Shown: positions 41,541 to 53,899 of the stretch, piece by piece
Numbering within the stretch: the first letter of the stretch is position 1
Layout: each line of letters opens with the position of its first letter
Assembly (NCBI RefSeq): GCF_009914755.1
Contig: NC_060936.1
Length of the DNA stretch: 64,000 nt
Source of the DNA: the human T2T-CHM13v2.0 reference genome, Homo sapiens
Reading direction: 5' to 3' (one strand)
Position numbers and translations under genes: made by a program
The notes under the pieces: model-generated
The model's input: the letters and a program-made list of their open reading frames with translations, nothing else
Told to the model about the DNA's origin: nothing
Databases searched by the model: none

Positions 41541-43689
41541 TAATGATTGTGTGACTTTTATAATGGAGATAATGATGATAGCTACTATAATATACAGGGT
41601 GGTTCCTCTGCTCCACAGGGTTTTTATAAGCTTTTTTACAAGGCAAATACAGGGCTATAGATTAGGAAGAACATGGCAAACAATTAAGCACACAAATATG
41701 AGTATTCCTCGTAATAAAAATAGCTGAAAACAAATTCAAATAATAACCCATAAAATTTTTATACCAAACATAAGCCAAGAAAATTTTAAGATGGAAATCT
41801 AAGGAATTAAGGGGGAACCAGGAAAAAAGCACTTATAAAATAGAATATGTCAACTAATGATATTAAAGATACCTCAGTCTTGTAAATGTGCAAATTGGAG
41901 AATCACTTAGGTACACACTACTTTCTACCCATGAATCCAAACAGCCTTAAACAATGCCCTTCCCTTCCTTGCCATGGTTGTCCCGCTTGTTGTAGATTGC
42001 TGACAAGGGGCAATAACATTCAAGTGATCCAGTCTCACAATGTGGTTTGTCATCTTTTCAGTTCCTATTGTCTGACCTATCATGGCCAAACCAGAGCCTG
42101 CAAAACCATTCTGACCTTGGCTTAGCAGATACTTTGGTATTACCTTACCAAACAAAGCATCCCTGAATAGAAGCATTCAGAAAACGTCCCTGACAAAAAT
42201 GCTCAGCATCTATTTAGTGACTCACAGGGAGGGCTGTATGTACCACAGTTTATAGTTCAGTATGTATTCACATGCATGTGTATATGTGCATGTGTGTCAA
42301 GCATGTGTACAGCACGTGCATAGCATGTGCATGCTAGTCAAGCAAGCATGCCCCAGAAAACCCAGATAAAGTGCTTGTGCTTTTAAATAAAAGTTGACTA
42401 TGTTAAATCATGATGCAGAGCCGCAGTGCTGGAAAACTTCATATGGTTTAAAGAGAAGAGCACCCTTGTAGGAAAAGCAGTTCATTGACTGCATATTTAA
42501 TGAGAAGGAAGTACATGAAACTGAAAAATTGAAATAAAAAAAGCAATTTTGGTGTCTATGGTTTTGGTGAAAGGATCTAATACTGCTGTTACTTTCACAT
42601 TAATATTTATAAAATAGATCTGTTATGGATATTCTGGCTCCAGTTTTGAGGCTTATCACTGCCTCCCAATATTGCACATTGTACTCATCTTTCCAGCTTT
42701 ATTTTCTGCAGTCTTCCACTCACCAGTGCCAGGAGGAGTTCCCTGTGTGCTGCAGCCTCCCTGTAAGTCTGCAAAGCATCTTCATATTGTCAGTGTTGTA
42801 ATATAGTTCTTGCTCCCAAAGGAGATAATCTCACCTGTTTTCATGTCACTTACAGTGCACTAAATTGGCATTCATACTTGTCTGAAAACAATACATTTCT
42901 AAATGCTGTTAAAAATTTGAAAAGGACTGTCTGTAGACTGAAACTATGTTTTATTGTGATGTTTCAGCTTATATCTAGAAAAGAGTAAAAAATAAAATGA
43001 TGCCACTACCTTCTGTATATGAGAATGACTCTCTCTACTGAGTTGCCAATATGGAAGCAGTACCTCAAGGAATCATCATCATCAATAAGGACAGACTTAT
43101 TCTGCTAATGCACAGTCTTTTATATAAATCCCATTTAAAACAAATGCTAGCTTTTGTTAGACATATAGAGAAAACCACAACCTTAAATAAAATGTAGAAG
43201 AATGAATTCCAATTTTAGCTTCATTAACACCACGTTGTAATCAGCAAGCTGATCATCCATTAATTAGAATAGGATTTGTAGTGTTTTATTTCTTATTTTG
43301 AGAAAGGGAATCGATACTACTTAAAGTTTTGAAAATTGTTAATACCTAAAGAGCAGGTCTCTTCCAACTAGTGGAAAGGTTAATGGGCAATGTTTAGGTT
43401 TCTGAGCAACTTGCAAAGTGAAGAAAACGATCTTTATCATTCTTCGGCCATGAAGTTTTCTTCCAATAACCTGTAGAGTCTCCTCTGGTTCACCAGGACC
43501 ATGTGATTGCTTGAGCTATGATTGATCGCCCATTAATAATGGAAATTGTGTGCCAGTAAAGTTTTTTTTTTAATACCAGAGCTTCCTTAATTTAAAAATG
43601 ATTAATTATTTTAATTAATACCATCTCTCTTCTTTAGTGGGTTACACCATCAATTGTTGATTTTCTTCTTCCTGCCATGGTCTAACTTC

Positions 43690-43865
43690 ACACCATCCAC
43701 TATTTATGTCAATCACCAAAGAACATATATTTGGTCTTCAAACTCGTTTCCTGGCTTACAACTTCTAAAACCCTAAGAAACTCCAAAGTGATGTTCTTGT
43801 CTGCTTACGAGTTGACTGGTAGGTGGCAGCCTCTAGGTAGCTTCAGGATGAGTCTGGTCATGCAA
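43690..43865 (+). mobile_element. MER21-like LTR fragment
   Basis: tgactggtaggtggcagcctctaggtagcttcaggatgagtctggtca resembles the recalled MER21 consensus. Confidence 0.5.
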
Positions 43866-44011
43866 ACAAACAAACAAACCTCACATCTTTTTTTATTTGT
43901 GGAAGTTTAATAAATATGTTTACTGGCCAACATTCTAGTTAATATGATATTCTGAAATCATCAGTGGCTGTTATTTACCCAAGTCATTCTTGTTTTAGGT
44001 TAAGACAATTA

Positions 44012-45283
44012 CAGATGGTCCCTGACGTAGGATGATTTGACTCTAATTTTTTGACTTTATGATGGGCTTATCAGGACATAAACCAATAAGTTAAAGAGCT
44101 CCTTATGACATAAAATGGAGTTACAGTTTCTACTGAATGCTTATCACTTTCACCATCATAAAATAAAAAAAACACAAGTGTAGGGGTGGGTTGCCCCTCC
44201 ACACCTGTGGGTGTTTCTCGTAAGGTGGAACAAGAGACTTAGGAAAGAAAAAGACACAGAGACAAAGTATAGAGAAAGAAATAAGGGGACCCGGGGAACC
44301 AGCGTTCAGCATATGGAGGATCCCGCCAGCCTCTGAGTTCCCTTAGTATTTATTGATCATTCGTGGGTGTTTCTCAAAGAGGGGGATGTGTCAGGGTCAC
44401 AAGACAATTGTGGGGAGAGGGTCAGCAGACAAACACGTGAACAAAGGTCTTTGCATCATAGACAATGTAAAGGATTAAGTGCTGTGCTTTTAGATATGCA
44501 TACACATAAACATCTCAATGCTTTACAAAGCAGTATTGCTGCCCGCAGGTCCCACCTCCAGCCCTAAGGCGGTTTTTCCCTATCTCAGTAGATGGAGCAT
44601 ACAATCGGGTTTTATACCGAGACATTCCATTGCCCAGGGACAGGCAGGAGACAGATGCCTTCCTCTTGTCTCAACTGCAAGAGGCATTCCTTCCTCTTTT
44701 ACTAATCCTCCTCAGCACAGACCCTTTACGGGTGTCGGGCTGGGGGACGGTCAGGTCTTTCCCTTCCCACGAGGCCATATTTCAGACTATCACATGGGGA
44801 GAAACCTTGGACAATACCTGGCTTTCCTAGGCAGAGGTCCCTGCGGCCTTCCGCAGTTTTTGTGTCCCTGGGTACTTGAGATTAGGGAGTGGTGATGACT
44901 CTTAAGGAGCGTGCTGCCTTCAAGCATCTGTTTAACAAAGCACATCTTGCACCGCCCTTAATCCATTTAACTCTGAGTTGACACAGCACATGTTTCAGAG
45001 AGCACGGGGTTGGGGGTAAGGTTATAGATTAACAGAATCTCAAGGCAGAAGAATTTTTCTTAGTACAGAACAAAATGGAGTCTCCTATGTCTACTTCTTT
45101 CTACACAGACACAGTAACAATCTGATCTCTCTTGCTTTTCCCCACACATAAGTTAAACCCATGGTTAAATCTTAGGCTGTCTGCTGCATTGCAAGCATTA
45201 AATGAATTTTTTGACTTAGAGTATTTTTGACTTACCATGGGTTTATCTGGATGCAATTCCATTATTAAGTAGAGGAGAATCTG
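44012..45283. mobile_element. MER47/Tigger5-family transposon split by LTR5_Hs (44012-44178, 45147-45283)
   Basis: TA followed by cagatggtccctgacgtaggatg at the left end and ...aagtagaggagaatctg at the right end. Confidence 0.8.
44179..45146 (-). mobile_element. HERV-K(HML-2) solo LTR, LTR5_Hs
   Basis: Exactly 968 bp, reading TGTGGGGAAAAGCAAGAGAG...CAACCCACCCCTACA on minus, with many intact CpGs. 6-bp TSD CACAAG/CATAAG (44173-44178, 45147-45152). Confidence 0.97.
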
Positions 45284-45566
45284 GTAACAGACTACAGTTG
45301 TGCCTCAGCATTCATAAGGAATTGGTTCCAGGACCCCCACAGATACCAAAATGTGTGGATGCAAAATTTCCTTATATAAAATGGTGTAGTATTTGCATAT
45401 AACCTATGCATATCCTCCCATATACTTGAAATCATTTCTAGGTTACATTTAAGATCTAATATATGTAAGTACTATATAAATAGTTGTCACAGTGCATTGT
45501 TTTCTTTATATTATTTATTTTCCAATATTTCTTATTCTCAGTTGGTTGAATCCATGGATCCCAAAC

Positions 45567-46010
45567 GGTATTAGTCAGAGTTCTCTTAGAGGGACAGAAT
45601 TAATAGGATATATATATATATACACACCCATATATAAAGGGGAGTTTATTAAGTATTAACTTACATGATCACAAGGTCCCACAATAGGCTGTCTGCAAGC
45701 TGAGGAACAAGGAGAGCCAGTCCGAGTCCCAAAACTGAAAAACTTGGAGTCCTATGTTTGAGGGCAGGAAGCATCCAGCATGGGAGAAAGATGTAGGCTG
45801 GGAGTCTAGGCCCATCTCAGCTTTTCACGTTTTTCTGCCTGCTTTATATTAGCTGGCAGCTGATTAGATTGTGCCTACCAGATTAAAGGTGAGTCTGCCT
45901 TCTCTAGTCCACTGACTCAAATATTAATCTCTTTTGGCAACACCCACATAGACACACCCAGGATCAATACTTCAATCCAATCAAGATGACAGTCAGTATT
46001 AACCATCACA
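45567..46010 (-). mobile_element. MLT2A1 LTR (3' LTR of HERV-L)
   Basis: Minus strand TGTGATGGTTAATACTG...GAACTCTGACTAATACC with an internal (TA)n. Preceded by the polypurine tract CAAGGGGTGGACT (46011-46023). Confidence 0.92.
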
Positions 46011-48289
46011 AGTCCACCCCTTGTCAACTTGAACCCATACACATCTCCTGAGATCATACATAATCTTCAAATAAAGTCAATAATAAGGTCATAATTATGC
46101 CTAATGTAATACAACTATCCTTCACACAACCAGAAACACACCAATTCCAAATACTATTACATAAAGTTAACAATATTTAAATGCTAATATGAAGTCAATA
46201 AATCTCATGTCACCTCATAAAGGAAAAGGCAATAAAATGAAGATATTTTCTTAGTACAAGTGTATACATGCACAAACATGTTTTTAGGCAAAAAAAGAGG
46301 AAATACACTTGACAGTTACAGTCCTCGTTTCTGCAGCTGGTCATGTGGTCATAGCTGGTATTGATGACTACCTTCTTCTACTAACCATTCTGTATTCCCT
46401 TTTCCTTCAGCAAGAATCTCAACATGTCATGGTATTTTTCCTGGTGGAGTGACCCAAATCTTCATTCCTGAAGGGTCTGTGTCATTTGTAGTTCTGCCTG
46501 GATTGGGCTGTTGAAGTTTCCCATTGAATTTTCCCACAGGGCATGGTAATACTAAGAGACTCCCTAATGGATCTCCTGTATTCCATGTGTACTCTTCCTT
46601 ACCTCTATTGTGGAGTAATAGACTGATTTCATCTTGAAAGTCTGGATCAATCACCCCAGCCAACACTATAACTCCCTTGTTAGCCTGTTGACTTAAAAGT
46701 AGGAGGAGCCCAAAGTGTCCAGGTGGCAATCTTAACTTCCAGTTTATTGGAAACATTATTATGTCTCCAGGTGGCAGCATTCCTCCCTCTGGAACTAAGA
46801 CCTCTAGGCCAGCAGAACGTAATGTCATGGAAACAGGAAGTAAAAATTTTGCTAATGGATCACTAGGGATGATGGTGAATGGTGCCACTTCTACTTCCAC
46901 CCCTTGATTCCTGAGCCCGTGAATCCTGGCTATATGAGAAATAATACCATATATTGGACGCTGATTCAGAGCATACATGGCCTTCTGGAGAACTTTGCCC
47001 CAGCCCTGCAAAGTATTGTCACCTACTTGGCACTGTAATTGTGACTTCAAAGGGCTGTTCCACCATTCTATCAATCTGGCTGATTCAGGATGATGGGGAA
47101 CATGGTAAGACCAATGAATTCTATGAGTATGAGCCCACTGCTGCACTTCTTTAACTGTAAAGTGAGTGCCTTGGTCAGAGGCAATGCTATGTGGAATACC
47201 ATGATGGTGGATAAGGTATTCCGTGAGTCCCATGGATGGTAGTCTCGGCAGAAGCATTGCGTGCAGGATAGGCAAACCTATATCTGGAGAAAATGTCTAC
47301 TCCAGTGAGGACAAACCTCTGCCCTTTCCGTGATGGAAGAGGTCCAATATAATCAACCTGCTACCAGGTTGCTGGCTGATCCCCTGAGGAATGGTGCCAT
47401 ATCGGGGACTCAGTGTTGGTCTCTGCTGCTGGCAAATTGGGCACTCAGCAGTGGCCATAGCCAGATCAGCCTTGGTGAGTGGAAGTCCATGTTGCTGAGC
47501 CCATGCGTATCCTCCATCCCTGGCACCATGGACACTTTGTTCATGGGCCCATTGGGAGATGACAGGAGTGGCTGGGGAAAGAAGCTGAGTGGTATCCACA
47601 GAAGGGGTCATCCTATCCACTTGATTATTAAACTCCTCCTCTGCTGAGGTCACCCATTGGTGAGCACTCACATGGGATACAAATATCTTCATAGATTTTG
47701 ACCATTCAGAGAGGTCCATCCACATACCTCTTCCTCAAATTTATTTGCCACCAATTTTCTAATCATGCTTCTTCTAAGTCCCTGACCATCTAGTCAAACC
47801 ATTGGCTACAGCCCATGAATCAGTATATAATTGCACATCTGGCCAGTTCTCCTTCCATGCAAAGTGCACAACCAGGTGCACTGCTCGAAGTTCTGCCCAC
47901 TGGGAAGATTTCCCTTCACCACTGTCCTTCAGGGATGTCCTAGAAAGGAGCGGTAGTGCTGCAGCTGTCCACTTTCGGGTGGTGTCTGCATATCATGCAG
48001 AACCATTTGTGAATCAGGCCCTAGTCTTCTCTTCCTCTGTCAACTGATCACAGGGAACTCTCTCATGAGACCATCGGTGCAGGCGAGAGAAGACAGGGTG
48101 GCAGGAGTGGAGACCATGGGCATTTGAGCCACTTCCTCATGTAACTCACTTGTGCCTTCAGGACCTGCTCGAGCCTGATCACATATATACCACTTCCATT
48201 TGATGATGGAATGCTGCTATGCACGAACCACTTTATATCTAGAATGAGTCAGAAAGCACCCAGTCCATGATAGGCAGTTCAGGTCGCAT
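46011..48289 (-). mobile_element. HERV-L internal region, 5'-truncated (RNase H - integrase - dUTPase)
   Basis: ORF 47297..47725 has the RNase H end and the integrase HHCC finger (HEQSVH...CPIC). ORF 46427..47275 has the integrase core (IASDQGTHF) and a dUTPase-like region (LPPGHFGLL...AGVIDPDF). Confidence 0.93.
46427..47275 (-). pseudogene. HERV-L integrase core/dUTPase open segment (282 codons)
   Basis: Domain motifs as above. Separated from the upstream pol by frameshift and stop. Confidence 0.85.
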
Positions 48290-50391
48290 AGGGAGGGCCA
48301 ACTGTATTGTAGAAAGAAAATCATCCTATAGCAAATTCCAAAGGTGTGTTTCAATTAAGTTTCAATTAAGCTTGAACACATTAATTGATATATTGCCCTA
48401 AGTATATATCAGTTGAACCTTGAAAATTTCTTTTCAAAACATACATTTTTGTTTTGCTAGTGTTTCTTCTGATAGGACTTTTAACCATAGGATAAGGCCA
48501 TCTTGCCTTTACCTAGAGAAGTGTATGGATTTGAAGTCTTTCATTTGTATGATCTCATATGATCCTAACGGTTTTTTAAAAAACCACTTAGCTACCTGAA
48601 ATTCCTCTTGGGATGCAAAAGATCTAAATAAATAGACAAAAATTACCATTTTACAGACACAGAAACTAAAGAACAAAGAGGTTAAATGCCTTGACAAAGA
48701 TCTCAGGGCAAGTGAGGTTCAGGGGAAAAGCAGAATCAGTTTTTTCTAGTCGAGATAATTTTCTCCAAAGAAGCATCCTAGTGAGTTGTATGTAGGTAAC
48801 TGAAATTGCCTACATACAATTTTCCCTAGTGGAATGTTCATTTTCTGTACAGTAATCTTTTCAGGTGTGCTATTTTAGAATGCAAGTTTGACTGGCAGGT
48901 AACAAAAACAGGTCTATCTACAGATACACAGTAAGCGGCGGTGGGGAGTTAGGGGAACTTCGTAAGTATACAAACATAAAGGCAAAGAGAAAGAATACTG
49001 TTGGCAAGATAAACAGTGAGCTGCTTTAGGGGTTTGTCTGTTATTGAAGTAGAAGAGGGCTAAACTAGTAATTCCCTTGAAGACTCTTCTGGTTTTGATT
49101 TCTTAAAGTGCATAACTATTTGTATTGTGTTACTAACAGGTCAGCACATAGAAATATACAACAATTTTAAGTGTAAATCAAGCAAACTTCTTAGGCAGGT
49201 CAATATTAAATAAATTAAAAATATAACTTATAATCCTGAAAACAGAAAAAAAACCTTCAAATTTACCAGAAAATAAAAACCTCTGTGTGTAATCGAGGTT
49301 GGTAAAATAATGAAAGTAGAATTTTACTGCAAGGCTGAAAGTCCACTGGGTAATGAGAATGATGTTATGTTTTTGCATTAAGCCTAAAATTTGTCTTTTT
49401 ATTATTTATGAGTATTCATTATATTCAAGAGTATATGTGGTTCTGCCCAGATCATAAAGCAAATAGAATCCCTTCCCATATAGGGTTGCTTTAAATAAAC
49501 AGCAGCAAGAACATTTTAGAGAGTGCCTGATGTACAAGCACATTCTATCCATTATAAGGTATAGTAAACGTAGTTCTATAATGTATATTAAATAAGAAAA
49601 GAAAGAGCAATGCTGGAGGTTTGTTCATCTATAAAAAGCTAGTGTCTACCCTGTTTCTGAGTCTAGATTTAAATGAAATTTCTGCATCATGGTAGAGGAA
49701 CATTTCCTCATTGTAGATTTATAAAAGCTTCTATAAATGAGGTAAAAAGAAGTCTGCTGCTCAATAAATCATCAATACTAGTTCCTGCAGCCTGGAGGGT
49801 TTTCTTTAGGGATATGATTGTAAGAACTGGGCAGATTTTACTGAGCTGAACTTGGAGAGCTAGAGAAATCATGGTCCCAAGGCACAATATGGCTGTCAAC
49901 ATTCTGAGCATCTTGCCGAGCCCTCTGAATTTTATTTCTGATGCATTATTTGGGTTACTGCCATTTGCTAGATAGCTAGACCTGATCAGTGTTATCTAAC
50001 CTCAACAGAACAGGTTCTTCTTAATCTCACCTGTCAGTGTCAGCTAAGAAACTCCATAGTTGTGTAAGTCTGAGCTCTCTAGACAATTTTTTATTCCAGC
50101 ATAATTCATGTCTTTGCCTTCTTTAAATTACTTCTTTCAATGAGAACAACAAAGAAAATACATGAAAAACTTAAAAAATTAACACTAAAATCTGCACTGG
50201 GGGGTGTGGTGGGGGAGGAGAGAGTAAAACAGGAAAAGAACTAATATTCACCGAGCAACTACTGTGAACCAGGTGCTATGATTCACTCTATAAATATAGT
50301 GGACACTTATGTCAATATTAATTATTTAAAAATACCAATAATGCATATCCATGTTTATTTACTTCAGATTCAGTTATTGAAACCCTTCAAT

Positions 50392-50990
50392 GACTTCTGG
50401 TTTCAGCTGGAAGATGTAGAAAACTGGAAAGAACATCACTTCCATTCTTACAAATAGAAAAAAACTGGGAAAACTGCAAATTAATGGCCTTTCTTGAACC
50501 CATCAGATAACTGAGGTTGCAGGGCAAATAACCAACTCAAACCAGATGCCTACAGGAAGAAACAGGACTTGAGCATGGGGAAGAAGCTGGCAGGTACCCT
50601 ATAAACCAGCAGGAAAATCAAACCAGAAATGTTCACAAATTACTAAAGGCTGAGCATGGGCCAGCTGGGAGAGTGAAGCCCCTGGGGACCATGGACTTGG
50701 GAAGGTGGTCCTACATCTTTGCTGAATTTTCCTCCAGGAACATCACCAGGTTCTAGCATGACAAAACTTCCAGTCCCTGTTTGCGTGGGACTGAAGGGGA
50801 TCCTGAGATGTAGGATATGCAACTTCATAACCAGGACAAGGGCCGGCCCTATCAGGATTTCACAGGAAAGATTGTGGAGAATCTTGGGGAAACTCTCTAT
50901 TCCTGGGGAGGAATGAGGGAAACGGAGGAAGGACAGCCAAAACTCATCCAAGCCCCTCTCCCCTTTCTCCCAAGCACTAATCCTACCATT
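50392..50990 (+). mobile_element. Isolated old L1 5' end (L1MD-like)
   Basis: gacttctggtttcagctggaagatgtagaaaactggaaag...cttacaaatagaaaaaaactg resembles the recalled L1MDa 5' terminus. Confidence 0.55.
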
Positions 50991-51774
50991 ATGTGTGTAT
51001 AAATATGTACTTAAAAAAATCCACAGGTACTTTGTATCTCAGAAAACACCCTTACGAACAAACTTGCTGGAAGTGTTTCTCTGAACAAATTAAAATCAGT
51101 TCTCTCACAAGATAAATTCCTAACACAGAATATGAATAAACAATACTGCAATTATTATTATTATCTGAATTAATTAGTATTGCCTTAATTAGTTAATCAC
51201 TATTACCTGAGTTAATCTTACTTCCCCTGGCTTTTTGCTGCTCTAAAATAGGCACAGAGAGCACAGATTTTTATCTAGCACCTCTCCCTCCTAAACTGCA
51301 TTACTCAGCTAGGTTTCAATGAGTAATGCAAATTTTGAAGTTCAAAATTTTAAGAGGGGACTTCAAATTTGCACACATATTAAGATCAAATAACTACACG
51401 TCTAAGTTCCATACCCCCAAGAGTAGTCTTAATGATTCTGGTTCAGTGGAAAATGTCCTCATTATTTGTCTTCCTTTCCTTTCACTCATGACTCTGAATT
51501 GCAAGAAGGAATTAAGACATCATTTTTAAAAAATATGAAGAGAAATCACTGAAGGGAGAAAATACATGACATATATTTAAAATCAATTTATTGTTTTGTT
51601 CTTGGCATAGGCAGTGCATTTATCCTAAGTAATACTATCATCTATGTATTGAAGCTTGATTTCAGGTAGTCCTTCTTTCATTTAATGAAAATGAAATCTG
51701 TCTACTGATAGTGCTGTGCTGGATCTAATTGGACACATCTATTCCCTACTTTGTGGTCAGTGATGTCCTATTGG

Positions 51775-52097
51775 TGTTGCAGGACTTTTCCTTAGTTCAG
51801 CTAAATATGGGGTCCTTGTCTGTCCCATGACCATGAAAATTTAGGCTCACAGACAGTTTGAAGGGTGAGTAAAGTAGGATTTTATTGGATGAAAAGGAAA
51901 AAAAGGGGGAAACAGGGACTCTCCGCAAGGCCAGGGTCCCCTGCTAGAGTGCTTCCCGCCTCACAGTTTGAATCCCAGGTTTCAACACAGGAAGAGGAGG
52001 GACCAGGTTCTTCCCCACTGCAAACTGCATGAACTTCCCAAGGACCTACCCCAGTGTGCAGGCTGGTGGAGGGACCCCCTCCCACCTGGCTGTCTCA
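51775..52097 (-). mobile_element. MER61A-like solo LTR (ERV1), inserted in a MER63-like hAT element
   Basis: Minus strand TGAGACAGCCAGGTGGGAGGGGGTCCC...GAAAAGTCCTGCAACA. 4-bp TSD TTGG/CTGG. Confidence 0.85.
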
Positions 52098-52463
52098 CTG
52101 GCAGACTGAAATAGGCCAGGGCAGGAGTATTTACACCATGGAAATTAGAAAATGCTACACTTAGAAATGTTAACATGTAAATATTGTTTAAAGATACTCT
52201 CTAATAACAAATATTTACTGCATAGAAGGGAAGGAGCTGGTATTCCAAGCTCATGAAGGAGCCATAGAAAGTGAGGTGAACCTGAGGCTGTCACCACTGG
52301 AAGGTCGTTCTAGTGCCCTGCCATCATGGACATGTGCTGAACCACTTTCCAGAAGTATTTTCACCCTACTTAATGACCGGTCATAAGTTATCTCTCATGA
52401 ACCAATTTTTTTCTCTGAAATATACTATATCCTAAAATAGTACACTTCTGGTATATTAAGGAC

Positions 52464-52915
52464 TGTAGTGGGTTGAATTGTGGCCCCCAAAAAGATATGT
52501 CCACATTGAAATCCATGGAATCATTGAATGTATCCTTATTTGTAAAAAGGGTCTTTGAAGATGTAATTGATTAAAGGATTTGGCATGAGGTCATTCTGGA
52601 TTACCCAGGTGAGCCCTAAATCCGATGACAAGTGTCCTTACAAAAGATAAAAGAGATGAAGACAGAGACAAAGAGAAGGCAGTGTGAAGACAAATGCAGA
52701 GAGTGGAGTGATGGGGCCACAAGCCAAGGAAGCTGAGGAGAGCATGGAGCCACCAGGAGCTGGAAGAGGCAAAGAAGAATTTTTCCTAGTGCCCAGAGGG
52801 GGCAATGGCCCTGCCAAAACTTTATTTCTAACTTCTGACCTTTAGAACTGTGAAAGAATAAGTTCCAGTTTTTCTAAGTGATTAATTTGTAGCAACTCAT
52901 AATGGCAATCACAGA
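52464..52915 (+). mobile_element. MLT1C-like MaLR LTR
   Basis: tgtagtgggttgaattgtggcccccaaaaagatatgtcc...ccacaagccaaggaa...agaactgtgaaagaataag. Confidence 0.85.
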
Positions 52916-53899
52916 TGCCAAAGGGGATTAAGACATTTTAATTATTTCTTTAAGGCACATGCTATCCAAGATCCACTAATTCAAAAGATATAATGGGTAT
53001 GCAGTCTCTTTCATCTTCTATCTTTTCACTGATTTCCTCTGGAAAACAGTCCTCTCCCTCATCTGTTATCAATATGGGCATTTCCTGAGAAACTCACATT
53101 CAGTATCTGCTCTCTACTTCATCTTTCACATATGGCTGAAATGAATCATTTAATCTGGCATTCTCTCCACCCCCCTACTCAGCAAATGTTGGCTCTTTTC
53201 TAATTTGGGGTTTTCTCTGCAGCTAGCAGTGTGTGATCAATACAAAACTGTGACAATTTAAGCAAGAGGGAAATATCACTTTAAAGAGGAAATGCCAAAC
53301 ATTATCAAATAAAAGCTCAAGAAAAAGTGTGACATGAGCCAGCAGCCACAGAACTACAGCACTGTCAGGAGAACATGAAAAGGGAAAAACAAAAACAACT
53401 TTTTTTCTATATTTTGCATACAATGGAAGTGTCTACTTCTCCAGGCTCATCTCATGCCATTTTGTCCAGCATTCTCTATACTTCCAGGCACAGTAACTGT
53501 TCATATTCCTGGACACTTTCAGCTCAGATTTAGTTTAGACTGACTTGGCCATCATAGGATAGTATGAGTGGCTGTGAAATATCTCATACCTTTTAACCCC
53601 CAAATTCTACTTTTTGAATCTGTCTTAAGTTAATTATCAAAAATCCATCTTTAAGTTGTCACATTAAGATATTCATTTCCACAGAAAATAGAAAGGGATC
53701 TAAATAACCAACAAGAGGATACTGATTAAATAATTTCTAATACATGAATTTAGTAACTACTAAGTAGCCACTAAGATGGTATTTATGAAGGTCATGTAGC
53801 AACATAAAAGACATGCAAATTTTATATAATATAAAGACAAGACAATAGAATAGGTTATAGATTTGTAAGTAGTTTAACATATATATGCATATATAGAGA

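Larger units (their letters stand above)
45295..48304. mobile_element. MER2 (Tigger2-derived) split by HERV-L (45295-45566, 48288-48304)
   Basis: TA-flanked TIRs cagttgtgcctc and gagggccaactg, and MER2 body ccttatataaaatggtgtagtatttgcatataacc. Confidence 0.85.

Noticed and set aside
43813-43831. CTCF-like TAGGTGGCAGC
   Set aside because: Lies in a MER21-like fragment and mismatches the conserved 5' CC. Probably a chance derivative of the LTR consensus.
51775-52097. p53 response element in the MER61 LTR
   Set aside because: No paired RRRCWWGYYY half-sites are visible in this copy.
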